NCBI GenBank assembly: GCA_028534125.1
Contig: CM052817.1
Span: 65,226,001-65,290,000, forward strand
Length of the DNA: 64,000 nucleotides
Source of the DNA: Lama glama
Taxonomy: Eukaryota
Reading direction: 5' to 3'
Positions 26,602-38,096 of this stretch are shown here, piece by piece. The notes under the pieces were generated by a model. That model ran no database searches. It had not been told where the DNA came from and was given only the letters and a program-made list of their open reading frames with translations. The translations under genes and the position numbers were made by a program. How positions within the stretch are numbered: position 1 is the stretch's first letter; every line of letters begins with the position of its first letter.

Positions 26602-26688
26602 ACAAGCCTCCCAGCAAGGCCATGCTCACGCTTCCTTTAACCTTGCAGTAGGAAAACTGAAAAACATGACCGGGTCCATGGCGGTGGG
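26602..26688 (+). CDS. Coding exon 4 (QASQQGHAHASFNLAVGKLKNMTGSMAVG)
   Basis: ttctttttcAG| acceptor, GG|GTAAGG donor; 87 nt, phase 2 to 2; xAxxQGHxxAxFNL Sel1 linker pattern. Confidence 0.9.
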
Positions 26689-26959
26689 GTAAGGAAACTA
26701 GCTGTGTTCTCCCTTCCAGCTGAGATGACATTCTTTCTAAACCTGCCCCCATATGTTACCTGCAATTGACAGACAAAAGCATTTTATATATAGTTCACTT
26801 CCCACACTTGCCTTTTTATCTACTTATATGGCTATGAGTTATAATAAAAGTCACACAGCAAATGAATCCAAGATTCATGCACGTGCATAAAGCCCACTGA
26901 ATACATTCTTAAGGTCCACAAGCACGAGATGAAAGGCCAGGTTATTCCATGATCCTTAC

Positions 26960-27693
26960 GGTCTCCTGTGAATTTCTCAGCTCCCTGGAGTACCATCTTT
27001 ACAGCCTTAGAGCATTTTCCTATAAACAGCATGGAACAAGTAAGAATATGAAGATGGACAGCCCTCCTTGGGTACAAATTCCCCTTGTGTTTGTTGGACT
27101 AACCCTCTTCTAATTACTCACAGTTATCAGGAGAAATACTTCTGTTTTCTCTGGAGAAGTTTTTCTTAATGTTTTCGAATAGTTCATAGTTTGTGATATT
27201 TTTATGCAGCTATTTTGAGTCAGAGACATTTGATAGGGCCCATCAAATAAACCACTAAACTTGCAGCTTGTTTTTTTAAGCAATGTAACTGACATATACT
27301 CCATTACCAAGTAATGTGTATAACCCCCTCCCGCAACTCCATCCCTTAATCTCCTTCAAGCTGAGGAGGAGGCAAGGTTCAGAAAGAGGGAGTCTCGGTG
27401 AAGGGCTGAAAGATGGGGTGAGTCTTGGGAATTGGTATAATACTCAGGGCTATTGGTTGCATGCGTTACTTGGTAATGAAACTTTGAAATGATCATTTTG
27501 AAGCCACCAACTCAAAATGGTGCAGTCAATATGTTCTCTTTTACAGCTGCTGGTTGGTAGCTTTACAACTGACTGACGGCAGGTTGAATGGAGCCCCTCT
27601 CCAGTTACCAACCCCAAACCAAAATACAAAATTGGCTTGCAAGAGAGGAGTGTGTCAGACATTACCTAAGAGTCTTGGCTAGAAAAACCTTTC
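26960..27693 (-). pseudogene. Three pseudo-exons inside intron 4 of the live gene: 27666-27693, 27122-27209 (LHKNITNYELFENIKKNFSRENRSISPDN), 26960-27019 (KCSKAVKMVLQGAEKFTGD)
   Basis: Donors GTAATG, GTGAGT and GTAAGG; phases 2-0, 0-1 and 1-1. Confidence 0.55.
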
Positions 27694-27918
27694 CTAAATA
27701 AGGCAAAGTGTCCAGCTGGACTCTGATGTTGTTAAGGTAGCTTTGATTTTATTATGAAGACATTCATCATGAAACCCAGGTGAAATGGCATGTGTTTCCC
27801 TTAGTACCTTAGAATGAGTCTAAACAGGTGTTAACCTGGCCCTTAGCCTAAACACTTGGACATGCAGGTTCTTTTGGTGTACTCTTTCTTTACACTACTA
27901 AGTAACTGCCTTTCCTAG

Positions 27919-28051
27919 GGACGTAGATATGCTCCTTAATGTTGCTGCAAGACAGGGGATCCAAGAAGCCCGGGAACTTCTGGAGAATGTTATCGGGACA
28001 AAAAGCAAGCTCTTGCCAACTAAAAGAACAGGGAGTTTTTATAAACACTAA
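27919..28051 (+). CDS. Terminal coding exon 5 (DVDMLLNVAARQGIQEARELLENVIGTKSKLLPTKRTGSFYKH*)
   Basis: ctttcctAG| acceptor, phase 2; AAxQGxxEA Sel1 end motif; TAA at 28049-28051. Confidence 0.88.
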
Positions 28052-28452
28052 CGTGTATCCTGCATACTCTTTCTGGAACAGAAAATGTGACTCTCACTTG
28101 TCCATTGTGGTCCTGCACTGCTTTGTGGAACTGTCAGTGGAAGTGGCTTTTAGTTAGTTTTATACGCTGCTGCACCTTCAATCAGCTGTTCCAAGTCCTT
28201 TATGCAAGGTGTCGCTTACATGTTTTCCTGAGATCCGAGTTTGACCTCTTCTGGATGGAGGAGTATTTTCCTTGGATTTCGTTACTGCTAAGTTTCAAGC
28301 CAGTGAGCATTCTCTGAAGTGGTGGGAGGGAAAGAAGGAAGAAACCTGTCACACCAGAGATCTGGCTTCTTGGATGTGAGAGTTGGCACCCACAGATCCC
28401 CTGTGAAGGAACTAAACTCATCATTAGCTTCATCATGTGATATTCTGCTTAA

Positions 28453-28458
28453 AATAAA
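28453..28458 (+). terminator. Probable polyadenylation signal of the Sel1-like gene
   Basis: First AATAAA I found after the stop (about 400 nt 3'UTR), followed by T/GT-rich sequence. Confidence 0.55.
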
Positions 28459-28614
28459 CTTGTTTTCATCTCTCCACATTTCAATTTTCTGCTCTACTAA
28501 GTTTCTATGGTATTTTATTGTATGCATTTTTTTTTGTCTTACAGAAAGGCTTTTATGGGCAAAAATTAAAAGGCTGTGAATATTATCAACAAAAGGGAAA
28601 AGGTTAAAGTATTA

Positions 28615-28830
28615 AGAGCTCACAGTTATTGAGCACCTGCCCTGTGGAAGGTATTTTCCTAACTGCTTTACAAGTATGTCAGCCTTCACTTGTTGTAAAA
28701 GCCTTATAAGGTGGGTAGTATTATCTTTCCCATTTTACAGATGTGGAAACAGAGGTGTGGAGAAGTTAAGTAATATGTGCAGGGTCATAGAGTGAGTGGT
28801 AGAATAGGGTTTTGAACTTCTTAACTAGTT
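28615..28830 (-). mobile_element. MIR
   Basis: CCCATTTTACAGATGTGGAAACAGAGG core. Confidence 0.75.
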
Positions 28831-29409
28831 TGTCTAACATTATTCCCCCGAATCATTAATATCTCCTTCCTAATAAATTCAAAGATGCTCCAAGAGCTAG
28901 TACATAGGTTTATTACTAGTACACAGTGAGAACAGCCCTTACCCAACAACTCAGCCCTAATATTATTATTATTTTTTTAAGCACAAGCTACATACTCTTA
29001 TCCTTTAAAGGGGTATTTTTAACCATAAATATAGTGAGCTGTATTTATTGCACTTAGGTTGTAGCAAAATTCTCTCCTGGGAATATAAATTCAGAAATAA
29101 TGTGAGGATGACAAAAGTGCCACATTAAAATTCAACAAAATGATTAAGCTGTGTTTAAAATATTTGTTTTGCTTTCAAGTGTCAAGTTTACTCTATCTGC
29201 ACATACAAGATGACTGAATCTCAATCTCCTTGTCCAAACTTGAACACATAAACTTTTAAAGGGTGTAGATAAAATGGTCAAAGGTTTTTTTCCCCTGATT
29301 TTATATTTTATGAGGCAATTTGAAACTCTTCAATGTAGAAAATCCCAAATCCATAAACCAAATTCTTCACTGGGATCTTTGGTAAGTATTCCCGTCAGGT
29401 TCCCCTTAC

Positions 29410-29600
29410 ATATTCCAGGATGACTCAGTTGTCATTTCAGCCTATTTTGTTTGAGACATAACTTTGAAAATTTTATCTTGAGCCATGAATTTGCATAATA
29501 TTAGGACAATAATTTCGACCATCATGTAAATGTGCATTTTTTACCTTCACAGTGATACCCACTTTATGCATTGCATTTTAAAGTAATATTTCAAAGGCTT
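29410..29600 (-). pseudogene. Two pseudo-exons: 29545-29600 (EAFEILL*NAMHKVGITVK) and 29410-29441 (AEMTTESSWN)
   Basis: ttttgtttgtcactgtcAG| with AAG|GTAAAA; second donor AT|GTAAGG; phases 1-0 and 0-2. Confidence 0.55.
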
Positions 29601-30257
29601 CTGACAGTGACAAACAAAAGCTGCCACTGTGAAGGTATATCATAAAAATCACCTCTAAATTAGCATTAATTTATTTTTCAAAAAAATACTTTCAGGTGAC
29701 TTCTATGAGCATCTCCAACTATTATTGATTTCGTTTATGTTAGAGTGCAAATAATGTCTTTTAATAGTTCATTGTTGCTGAAATAAAGCAAGTAAAATAA
29801 TTGAAAAAGTGTAACAATTAGAAAGGCTATATAAGGACTCGCTATAAAACCGCTTTTATTTTGACTTTTACATCACTTGAATGTTAGATAGGACCTGACC
29901 GGCCAATCCATTAGGGTTGAAGTCGAACCCTTCCTGCAAAACCAGAGAGTGAGTAGGATCAGGAATCCCCTGAAGCCAAAGCAATGCTCTACCTTTCCTT
30001 TCTGTAGCTGGGGAAAGATTCAAGTGGGAAAAGCAAGAAACAAGCAAGGGAGAGAGGCAGGTAGGGAGAGGGAGTGAGAGAGGGAGAGAACTTGTATATT
30101 TTTGTTGGCTCAGAGATACTGTGACTTTACTGACCTCCTTCCTTCTTCCTGTATGCTCCAATCATAGTGGTTGAAACTTTGCTCCCTTCTAGATGCTCCC
30201 AGGTTTCTTGTTTAGCTGTTTTGATATCTTGATCCTTTTTCTCTTCAAGGCAGGTCT

Positions 30258-30728
30258 TGTTACAGAGCAAGGGACTGTTGCCCAGTGCACACAGAAGCCA
30301 ATACTGTGCCATCTGCTTTTGAGAAAAGAAAGAGCTTTATTGTGAAATTGACCAACAAGAAGACAAGAGGCAAGGCTCTCAAATATGTCTCCATAACCCA
30401 AGGTTCGGGGTGAAATTTAAAGGGTTAGGAGAATTTCAAACTTGGAAGCTGACTGGCTAGTCTTGAGTCTATGAACTATTCGTGCTGCAGGAAGCCAGGT
30501 TTTCCTTACTGAAGAACTTCTTGCTTTGTAAAGAGTGGCAATACTTCTATTCTTTAAGCTCCATAGACTGAAGATTCTTGGTTCCAGGGTTATCCTGGAG
30601 ACAAGGGTACCCATCTTGCACATGCACGGTGCTGCCTCTGTAAAATAACTCAGAGTTTGATTAATCTATCAATGTATTTTAGGAGGCAAAACTAGTTTAA
30701 GCTGGTCAATGTTTTTAGTGCTGTTTCA
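30258..30728 (-). mobile_element. ERV1-type solo LTR
   Basis: TGTTAC...TTTCA termini, 4-bp TSD GTCT, antisense AATAAA. Confidence 0.8.
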
Positions 30729-30764
30729 GTCTGCCTTGTTGTCAATATAAAAAACATTTCAAAG

Positions 30765-31485
30765 TTTACACTTGTGGTACACAAATCTTAAGTCTACAAT
30801 CAATGAATTTTACATGCAGAGCACCTGCCTAGCCACCACTCCGTTGAAGATGCAGATTTCCTTCCTAGTCAATACTTTCAGGTAACAGTATTATCCTGTT
30901 CTCTCTCACGCAGAGTAATTTTACCTGCTTGTGAATGCTGTCATATTTGCTTGTAAATTTAGTGTAAATATTATGCTATACAATCTGTTGTGTCTGCATT
31001 CTTTCATCATGCCTGTCTGTGAGATTTATCCTGTTGTTTCCAGCAGTTGACCGAGTTCATTCTCATTTCTCTGTAGTATTCTATTGTATGATTATACCGC
31101 AATATACTCTTTCTATTTTTGATGGGCAGTAGGTTCTTTCCAGTTTCTGGCTATTATGAAAAAAGTGCCTATGAGCATTCTTGCACATGTCTTTTGATGA
31201 CTGTAAGCACTCATTTCTTTGGATGTTTGCCCAGGAATGGAGTTGCTGGGTTATACAGAATATATGCATTTAACTTTAGTTAGCTCTGCCAAACATTTTT
31301 GCAAAATGGCTGTGCCAATTTTACATTCTTCCCATCAGTTTTTGGGAGTTCCGGTTTCTCCACATCCTTGCCAACACTTGGTTCTGTCAGTCTTTAAATT
31401 TAAGCTCTTCTAGTCAGTGTAACATTGCTATCTTATAGTAGTTTCATTTTGCATTTCTCTGATGAGTAATAATGGGGAGCACATC
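30765..31485 (-). mobile_element. L1ME/MC fragment
   Basis: TTCCAGTTTCTGGCTATTATG and CTCCACATCCTTGCCAACACTTGG motifs. Confidence 0.75.
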
Positions 31486-31859
31486 AGTTTGGAAGTATTT
31501 GTGAAGGGGTGGTGGGCACCTAATGCAGCATGTACTGCACTTAAAACCCCCAAAAGAGCCTATGATTTCCTGGAGGTGAACTTTCCCATGTGGCCACATT
31601 CTCAGAGGGATTTAGGATAGACTAATAGCACAAATCTAAACAGTAAATAGGCAGCTTTCAATGATCCAAACGGAGCTGGTCAAACTAGAATGGCTTCTGG
31701 GAAAACTCCAACTGCCCACTGTGATTTGTGCAGATGTAAAGCCAGAGGTGTTGTCAAGCTTTTGAGTGTGTGAGCAGTATCCGGCCTCAGAAGTATGTGA
31801 GTAGTGGAGGACTAGTTTTGATATGTACTAAACTGGATGCAACTGGTAGACAATTCTTT

Positions 31860-32318
31860 TAAGCCCTAGAGCTCACATTAAAGAAATGATCAAAGCTTTG
31901 ATCATAATCCTAAAAATTCATGGAAAGTCACCAATAACGAGGGTCAAGCCTGAAAGCTTTTCTAAACTATCAATAAGGTGAATTTTGAACAATCCTGCTT
32001 ACAGAGATACTGAGGTCCTTCTATTTTCTCTATGGAAATTATAAAATAGTTGTCATACAAAAGGTGCTTCAAAAGCATGAAGTCCAAAAAATAGAAAAAA
32101 AGGCTAACAGAAGTGTGTCACAAAGTTAATACAATTATGTTATGTTTTTATGGATGCTTATGCTATGCATCAGTTTCTAGTGTGTTACTTGCGATTTCTT
32201 TTCTTATTTCGTGATATATTTGCACACATTTTTGCCTTCATAAGTTTGAATTTTTCTTCTAAAGGAAACCTTCAAATTGTACAAGCTTCTGGGGCACACT
32301 GCCAGAATCTGTCCCTCT
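31860..32318 (+). mobile_element. hAT-Tip100 (Zaphod-like) 3' end with transposase dimerisation-domain remnant
   Basis: Translates as ILKIHGKSPITRVKPESFSKLSI, like the hAT LKIxxTLPxTxxxxERxFSKL motif; terminal AAATTGTACAAGCTTC. Confidence 0.6.
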
Positions 32319-32396
32319 TTGTGATCATCTATCTTGTGACCAATGACCCAGAAGGACCTTGATGGAAACACCTCAGCTTGTGGCTTTTCTAGGTTT

Positions 32397-32564
32397 AGTA
32401 CCGCAGCACCATGACCCCGTGCAACCGCGGGTTCTGCATGCGCGCATAAAGAAGGCTGACTGTACTACGCCTTTCATGTAAGGCGTATATGAAAATCCGC
32501 AGATTGTGGTATCTCGTGGGGGGCCCTGGAGCCAGTCCCCCACAGATACCAAGAGACAACTGTA
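32397..32564. mobile_element. Tigger/MER2-like TcMar MITE
   Basis: Ends CCCCACAGATACCAAGAGACAACTGTA (TA target). Confidence 0.65.
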
Positions 32565-32973
32565 TTTGTAGGGACAGGATTTTTAAAAACTTCATTCTGC
32601 TCTCCCATTGCTTCAGTTCCTTTTGGCAAGCCACGAGTATTGGCTTTGCGTGACTAGGGGAGAAAATAGAGGTTCTTAGTCCCCTTCTTTCCCTGTGTAA
32701 TCACACGGAAGACTTTAAATCTATAGATTCCTAACCATACGTAAAGAGATGACAAACTATATGTCAGATAAAGGGATCATACCCCAGAAATAAATTGGAG
32801 AGAGTACAAGATAATCATAGTTACTTTAAGGGTAAAGAAATGGAAGCATCAGGAGGTCCCGCCGATTTATCACGGACACACTGACTGCGATTAAATCTAA
32901 CAAACTTGCCTCTCTAACTCCTTGCTACCTTGTTAAACGATTCACTTCAAAAACAGGAGGAAGAAAGATTTAC

Positions 32974-33491
32974 CTTGAATGTGCTTAGATATTGATGTTT
33001 CCTTGGCAACAGATTCTAAATTAAAAGCAAAACAGTGATTGAACATATGCACTTTTGTTCAAAAATCGTAGGCGCTGAAGCAGCAGTCTCAGAAGCCCTT
33101 TTCCATCCTTTGTTAATTGAGAAGAGAAGTTCTTTATCTCGGATGCTGTCACGCGGCAGTTGTTTTAGAAAAGCCTGTCTTCTAGACATAAAAATAGGAG
33201 GCCATTTCCCTTTCCCTCCGAATCTCCCTCGGCTTTGGCCTTTTTTTACTTCCTCGCAGTCTCTTAGAGCCCTGTGTGTAATTAGCACTTCCGCCCACCT
33301 CACTGAGATCTAGGCAGCAGTACCAGTCTCTAGTTGAAGTGATTAGTTACAATTTTGTTGCAATTAAAGACAGACTAGTAGGAACATGAGGTATGTATAT
33401 TATTAGTCTATTATTACCTATTTTTTTTCTCTAGATATTTTAAACTCCTGGATTAGGATAAACCATTCCAGTCTGCATTCCTTGTATAGTT
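32974..33491 (-). pseudogene. Two pseudo-exons: 33418-33491 (1-nt slip in an A8 run) and 32974-33015 (ESVAKETSISKHIQ)
   Basis: Acceptors ctctttttaaaaacAG and ttttgcttttaatttAG; donors TAG|GTAATA and AAG|GTAAAT. Confidence 0.55.
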
Positions 33492-33609
33492 CTGTTTTTA
33501 AAAAGAGATGCTTTTATTGAAATGCATTGTTCTCAGTCATTCCCTTCTTTAAAGGGGTTCTGTGTGCTAGAACCCCTCGAATCTGTTGGTACATGGTTCC
33601 CTACAGCCT

Positions 33610-34090
33610 TACCCGTCACAATGTGGTGTGGGCCAGCAGCATAGTATCTCCGGGGAGCTGGTGAGAAACGCAGAATCTCAAGCCTCAACCCAGAATCTAC
33701 TGAATCAGAACTTGCCTTTTAAGATTCCCAGGTGGTTTACATGCACACTGAAGTCTGAAATGCACTATTCTTCACCGCTTGGTCTATTTTCTTGAGGACT
33801 TACAGGGAAATTTTACCCAAGATGTAGCAGCCTAGTGGTTAGTCCCTGGGCTTGACGTAGGCAAGGAAGTTACTTGATCGGAGGTTGCCAGCCCTTACCG
33901 ATGAGGCGATTTTGGGAAATCTGCTTCACTGCTGTAAGGCCTGGTTTTCTTCTCTGTAAAATGGAGACTATAATAGCACTCATCTTGTGGGGTTATTGTG
34001 AGCAATAGATGAAAAACTATAAGTATAAACTAGTCAAGCCCATATTAGAGCTGTACATGATCACCAATAAATGTTAGCTGTTATTATCAT
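33610..34090 (+). mobile_element. MER5A-like element (33610-33770) followed by a MIR (33822-34090)
   Basis: GGCCAGCAGCAT...TACTGAATCAGAA; TCTGTAAAATGGAG core. Confidence 0.7.
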
Positions 34091-35106
34091 TACTCCTACT
34101 ACCATAAGTTAATTTTTGTTTTTATTTTAATTGAATGGCTTGTTTTGTCTTATGGGACCATATAGCTGGTGATTTTATTTATTTATTTTTTTTGGACGGA
34201 GGAAGGATTTGACTGCTAGGAAGTATAGAGCCAAATTTACAGCCTTTTGCAACAGGTATTTAACTTTTTGACTGCCCATACCTCACCTTCTTATTTTTTG
34301 TATTTATTTCTCTTCACTCCAACTTCATCCGCTTTCTACATTTTGTTCCATTCAATATGGTATCTTTGTAAGCCACTTCAAAAGCATTTTCTATTGAGAT
34401 ATGACATAAGAATTGTCATCACCATGAATAAATTTATTAGTCCACAACTCCAAAGTATGTTGACAGCCTTGCCTTTTTTTTTTTCTCTCTACCAACTTCT
34501 TGTTATAATGATGTTGGTTAACCTAGACCCTGTAAGGCAGGGGTGCTTAAAACAATTTTCAAACATGTTCTCCTCACGTTATCTTCTTGTTATCCACTGC
34601 ATCTCCAGTATGGTCCCTGACACATAATAGGTGCACAATACATATGTTATTAAGTGGATGGTCATGTACAAATTTACATCTTACCTCACTTACAGATTTA
34701 CATCTCTTCATGTTTGCTATTACGTTCAAACCTGGAATGGGCTTTCTTCATCCTTTGACTTATCCAGGACAAAGGACTCAGATCAGCTCCCACCTTGCTG
34801 TGAAGACTTCTTTGACCTTTCAGCCCAAACAGGAGTCTCTCTCTTCCCCAAACTATGGGACTCACTGTCTGTCTTACCCCACGGGCCCTTGACATTCCTC
34901 CTTATGTTGGGAGCTCTCCTCGATTGATGGCACAAGCTTTGGAATCAGGAGGTCATAGATTCAATTCTGCTTGGGCCACTTACCAGCTGTGTGACTTTAG
35001 GAACATGACTCAGTTTCTCTACAGCTGTCACCTCACCTGTGAAATGGGAAAATTACTGTGTTGTATCACTAAAATCGATAATATATGTGGGTGATTAGGC
35101 TATTAC

Positions 35107-35370
35107 CTGGAGATACTGTCCTAATCGTGTCTTTTTTCCCAAATTAAATTCAGTAATCCTCTCTTGTGGAATCAGCAGGAAATTGTCCTGGGGCTTATGG
35201 GTGAAGTCATATTCTTATAACTCTGATGGATCCTTTTTGTCTTGGCCTCCCGGCTCCCAAGGCTGACAGAAGCTGCCGGGGTTGTGTCTGTTGATGATTC
35301 GTGGTGAATGTGGCTGTGATTCATTATTGTCTAGGTTTCCTGTCTAGGTTTCATGACTTGTCAGTGGTGG
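35107..35370 (-). pseudogene. Pseudo-exon ...NLDNNESQPHSPRIINRHNPG...LGKKTRLGQYLQ, containing a 13-nt tandem duplication
   Basis: ttcctaccttcctcctcAG| and CAG|GTAATA; removing the duplication (35328-35352) gives 251 nt, phase 1 to 0, as the chain requires. Confidence 0.6.
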
Positions 35371-35959
35371 CTGAGGAGGAAGGTAGGAAATATTTACTGT
35401 CACCTAGGGATCACTGCACAACAGTTTCAAACACTCCTTGAATTCCCTTTTGTTGTTTTTCTTTATTTCCCCTCTTTTTATTCTGTAGCATTATTTCCCT
35501 ATTTCTCTTCCTAAGAATACGCTGTAGATATCAGAATTAATTTATTTCCAAGGGAGTGCTGTGGGGTTTTTTGCTGTTTGTTTTTGGTTTTCTTTTGGAA
35601 GTCTTTAAAATAATCTCTGCTCTCTTTGAGCTCTAGGCAAGGCATATTTTTCGAGGTTCTGAAATGCAAAATGCATGAAAGTCAAACAAACAAATCTTTT
35701 AGTCTAAGAATTCTGAAAAAGAGATTAATTAAAACTGTTCTCTTATTAAGAGACTATACCTAGTTACATGAGATGCTTTTTCTATCCACAAAATCCTGGG
35801 GGGTATGGGTGTTCTACTATAAAGTTGATATGTATATTTTCAGAATTTTCTTTATTTTAAATACCTACTTAAGAAAATAAGAGTTCTTTGAACAACAAAG
35901 AAGCTGATGCATCAGAGCAATGTGCTCATTATACTTTTGATACGGGTCTCTAACTATTC

Positions 35960-36560
35960 TAGTTCTTTCTCCATGTGGCAGCTGCGAAGACCTTTCAGAT
36001 TAAATTTGATCATCTTACTTGCTGATTAAAGTCTCACTGGCTCCCTGTTGCCTGCAGTATTAAATCCAGTGTGAAAAGTTTTGCTAATCTAGGCTTCAAA
36101 TAACTTTCCCCACTTCTACTTTTGTCTGTGGAGCGTGCACTCCCCAATCTCCCACCGCAAAGGGCTTCTTACCGTCACTGCCTACAGGTGGCGCTCTTTC
36201 CCAGCTGGGACTGCGCAGGCTCTATCTTCCTGCTCCTCTGTTAAGGAAGTTCACTGTGACCTGACTATACTTAAATCAACAAAAAAGGAGGAGGGGCAGG
36301 GAGGAGAGGAAAAGGGAGAAGAAAGAAAGAGAAAAAGAAAGAAAGGAACCCGTTCAAATGCGCTTTGCATTCAGAAGCCTCCCTGGAATTCCCTAAACAA
36401 TTATTCTTTCCTCTTGGGTCCCCTAACAATTTATAGATTACATTTACATAGCACTTTTTATGCTGCCTAGTAATTTTTCTGTTTACAAATCTCTGATCAG
36501 TTTATGGGCTGTTTGAAGGTGGAGATGTTACCTCTTTCATTTGAATCACCCACAACATCC
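35960..36560 (+). mobile_element. L2 3' fragment
   Basis: Degenerate L2 3' motifs. Confidence 0.5.
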
Positions 36561-37321
36561 AACACATGTAGAAATTACCCAATATTAGTTAGCTGTTTGT
36601 GGACACATTCAAGTATACTTATGTATTTTAAGGAACAGTATGCATTCTGCTTCTATCAGGTTTAATTTAATTCTGTTAATCTTATATACATGTGATGAAT
36701 ATCAATGCAAATTACCCTTCTATACATATTTATAATGAATACTTTATCTTCTAATTTTTAAAATAAGCCAAAGTTCACATTGATTTTTACAATTGTAAGT
36801 ATTGGAATACACATTTTTCCCCTTCTGTAGACCTGTTATGTGAAGCCATATGTCAGCTCCCAGATGTCTCCGGTTGCCTGCAAGCTCCTCTGCTGTTACC
36901 AGTGTGTCAGTGCAGCTGCAGTTCAGAATCCCTGTTGGTCACTTAGCTGATCTTTTTGGTTGGGAAGGGACCAAGATTACCCACAGAACTCTGTAACCAT
37001 GGTGATAAGATGCCCTATTTTAACTTTTCAAAAGAAAAGATGAGATGCTCTAGCACTTCTGTGCCTATGCTTCCCAGTGGAGTTTTGGGGAGCCATTCAA
37101 GCATTTAAGCTACAGAATCAGACCTTGAACAGATAATTACTTTTTCCTTTATACTAGGTACCTTTTAAATTAGGAATGGTGACTGACATACGGGCCATGA
37201 TGAGGCAAATGTGAGGTCTAGGGCAAACGTGGGAGGCTTGTTATTCTTATAACACACCAACTGGGAGAAAGCGCCTTTTAAGCCAAGGGCTTCACTTTTT
37301 AAATAAAATTGTAGTGCTTAC

Positions 37322-37364
37322 CAAAATAATGACTGAGTGCTTTTTCATGGGTGATGAAATAAAA
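37322..37364 (-). pseudogene. Pseudo-exon FYFITHEKALSHYF (phase 0 to 1)
   Basis: ccatcttccataatAG| and TTG|GTAAGC; 43 nt. Confidence 0.55.
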
Positions 37365-37599
37365 CTATTATGGAAGATGGATGTGATTCTTGTAGAAAGT
37401 CAAAGTGTTCATTTAGACTATGTTTTCCAGCCAAGATTAGTCTTAGATCTTGTTAGAATGGGCAGTTCTGTGCATCTGAGACTTAGGGGGCCCTGAGAAG
37501 GTATAATGTTCAATATCCTCCCTTTTCTTTAGTCTGAAAATCTAACTTGCCAGAATTTTTCCCTTTAAAGGTTTACAAGCCATTATAATATAAGTATTT

Positions 37600-37960
37600 C
37601 TGGGAAAGGCATCGCAGTAAGGGACAGGCTGAAATTCAGTGGCCTATACAATAAAACTGGTTTATAGCCATATTTATTTGGCCAGAAGATTGTTTTATAT
37701 ATTGTTTTGAACCAACATTTAATCATAAGAAGACTTCACATAAAAAATCCTACACTACTCTATTACCATTAAGCAACAGGAAATGCACAAAACTAAATTC
37801 TTAGAAGGCTGGAGACGAACAGTGGCTGTCTTATTTAAGGGAGCTAGATTCTCTCTAATTTGTCACAGCCACCACTCCTCCCAACTTATATTCAGATACA
37901 GCTCTGTAGTCCTTCTTCACTCACTTATGTTCCTGGCTCCTGTTGGTAAAACACAGAGTA
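37600..37960. mobile_element. MER102-like hAT-Charlie element
   Basis: TTTGTCACAGCCCACCACTCC...CTTCACTCACTTATGTT. Confidence 0.55.
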
Positions 37961-38026
37961 GCCTCAGTAACTAACAATTTGGGGACTGACAATAAAGCAT
38001 CTGCTTTGTGTTTGACCTAGGATTAC

Positions 38027-38043
38027 CTTCATCTCAAAGATAT
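38027..38043 (-). pseudogene. 17-nt micro pseudo-exon DIFEMK (phase 1 to 0)
   Basis: atattcttacAG| and AAG|GTAATC; its phases bridge both neighbours. Confidence 0.55.
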
Positions 38044-38096
38044 CTGTAAGAATATTAAGACTTTTCCATGCCTCTTCCCTGGTGGTGTTCCTGCTT

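Noticed and set aside
22848..28051. Assignment to SEL1L, SEL1L2, SEL1L3, LRP2BP, DELE1 or COA7
   Set aside because: Size, repeat number, TM position and sequence do not match those proteins as I recall them, so no symbol is given.
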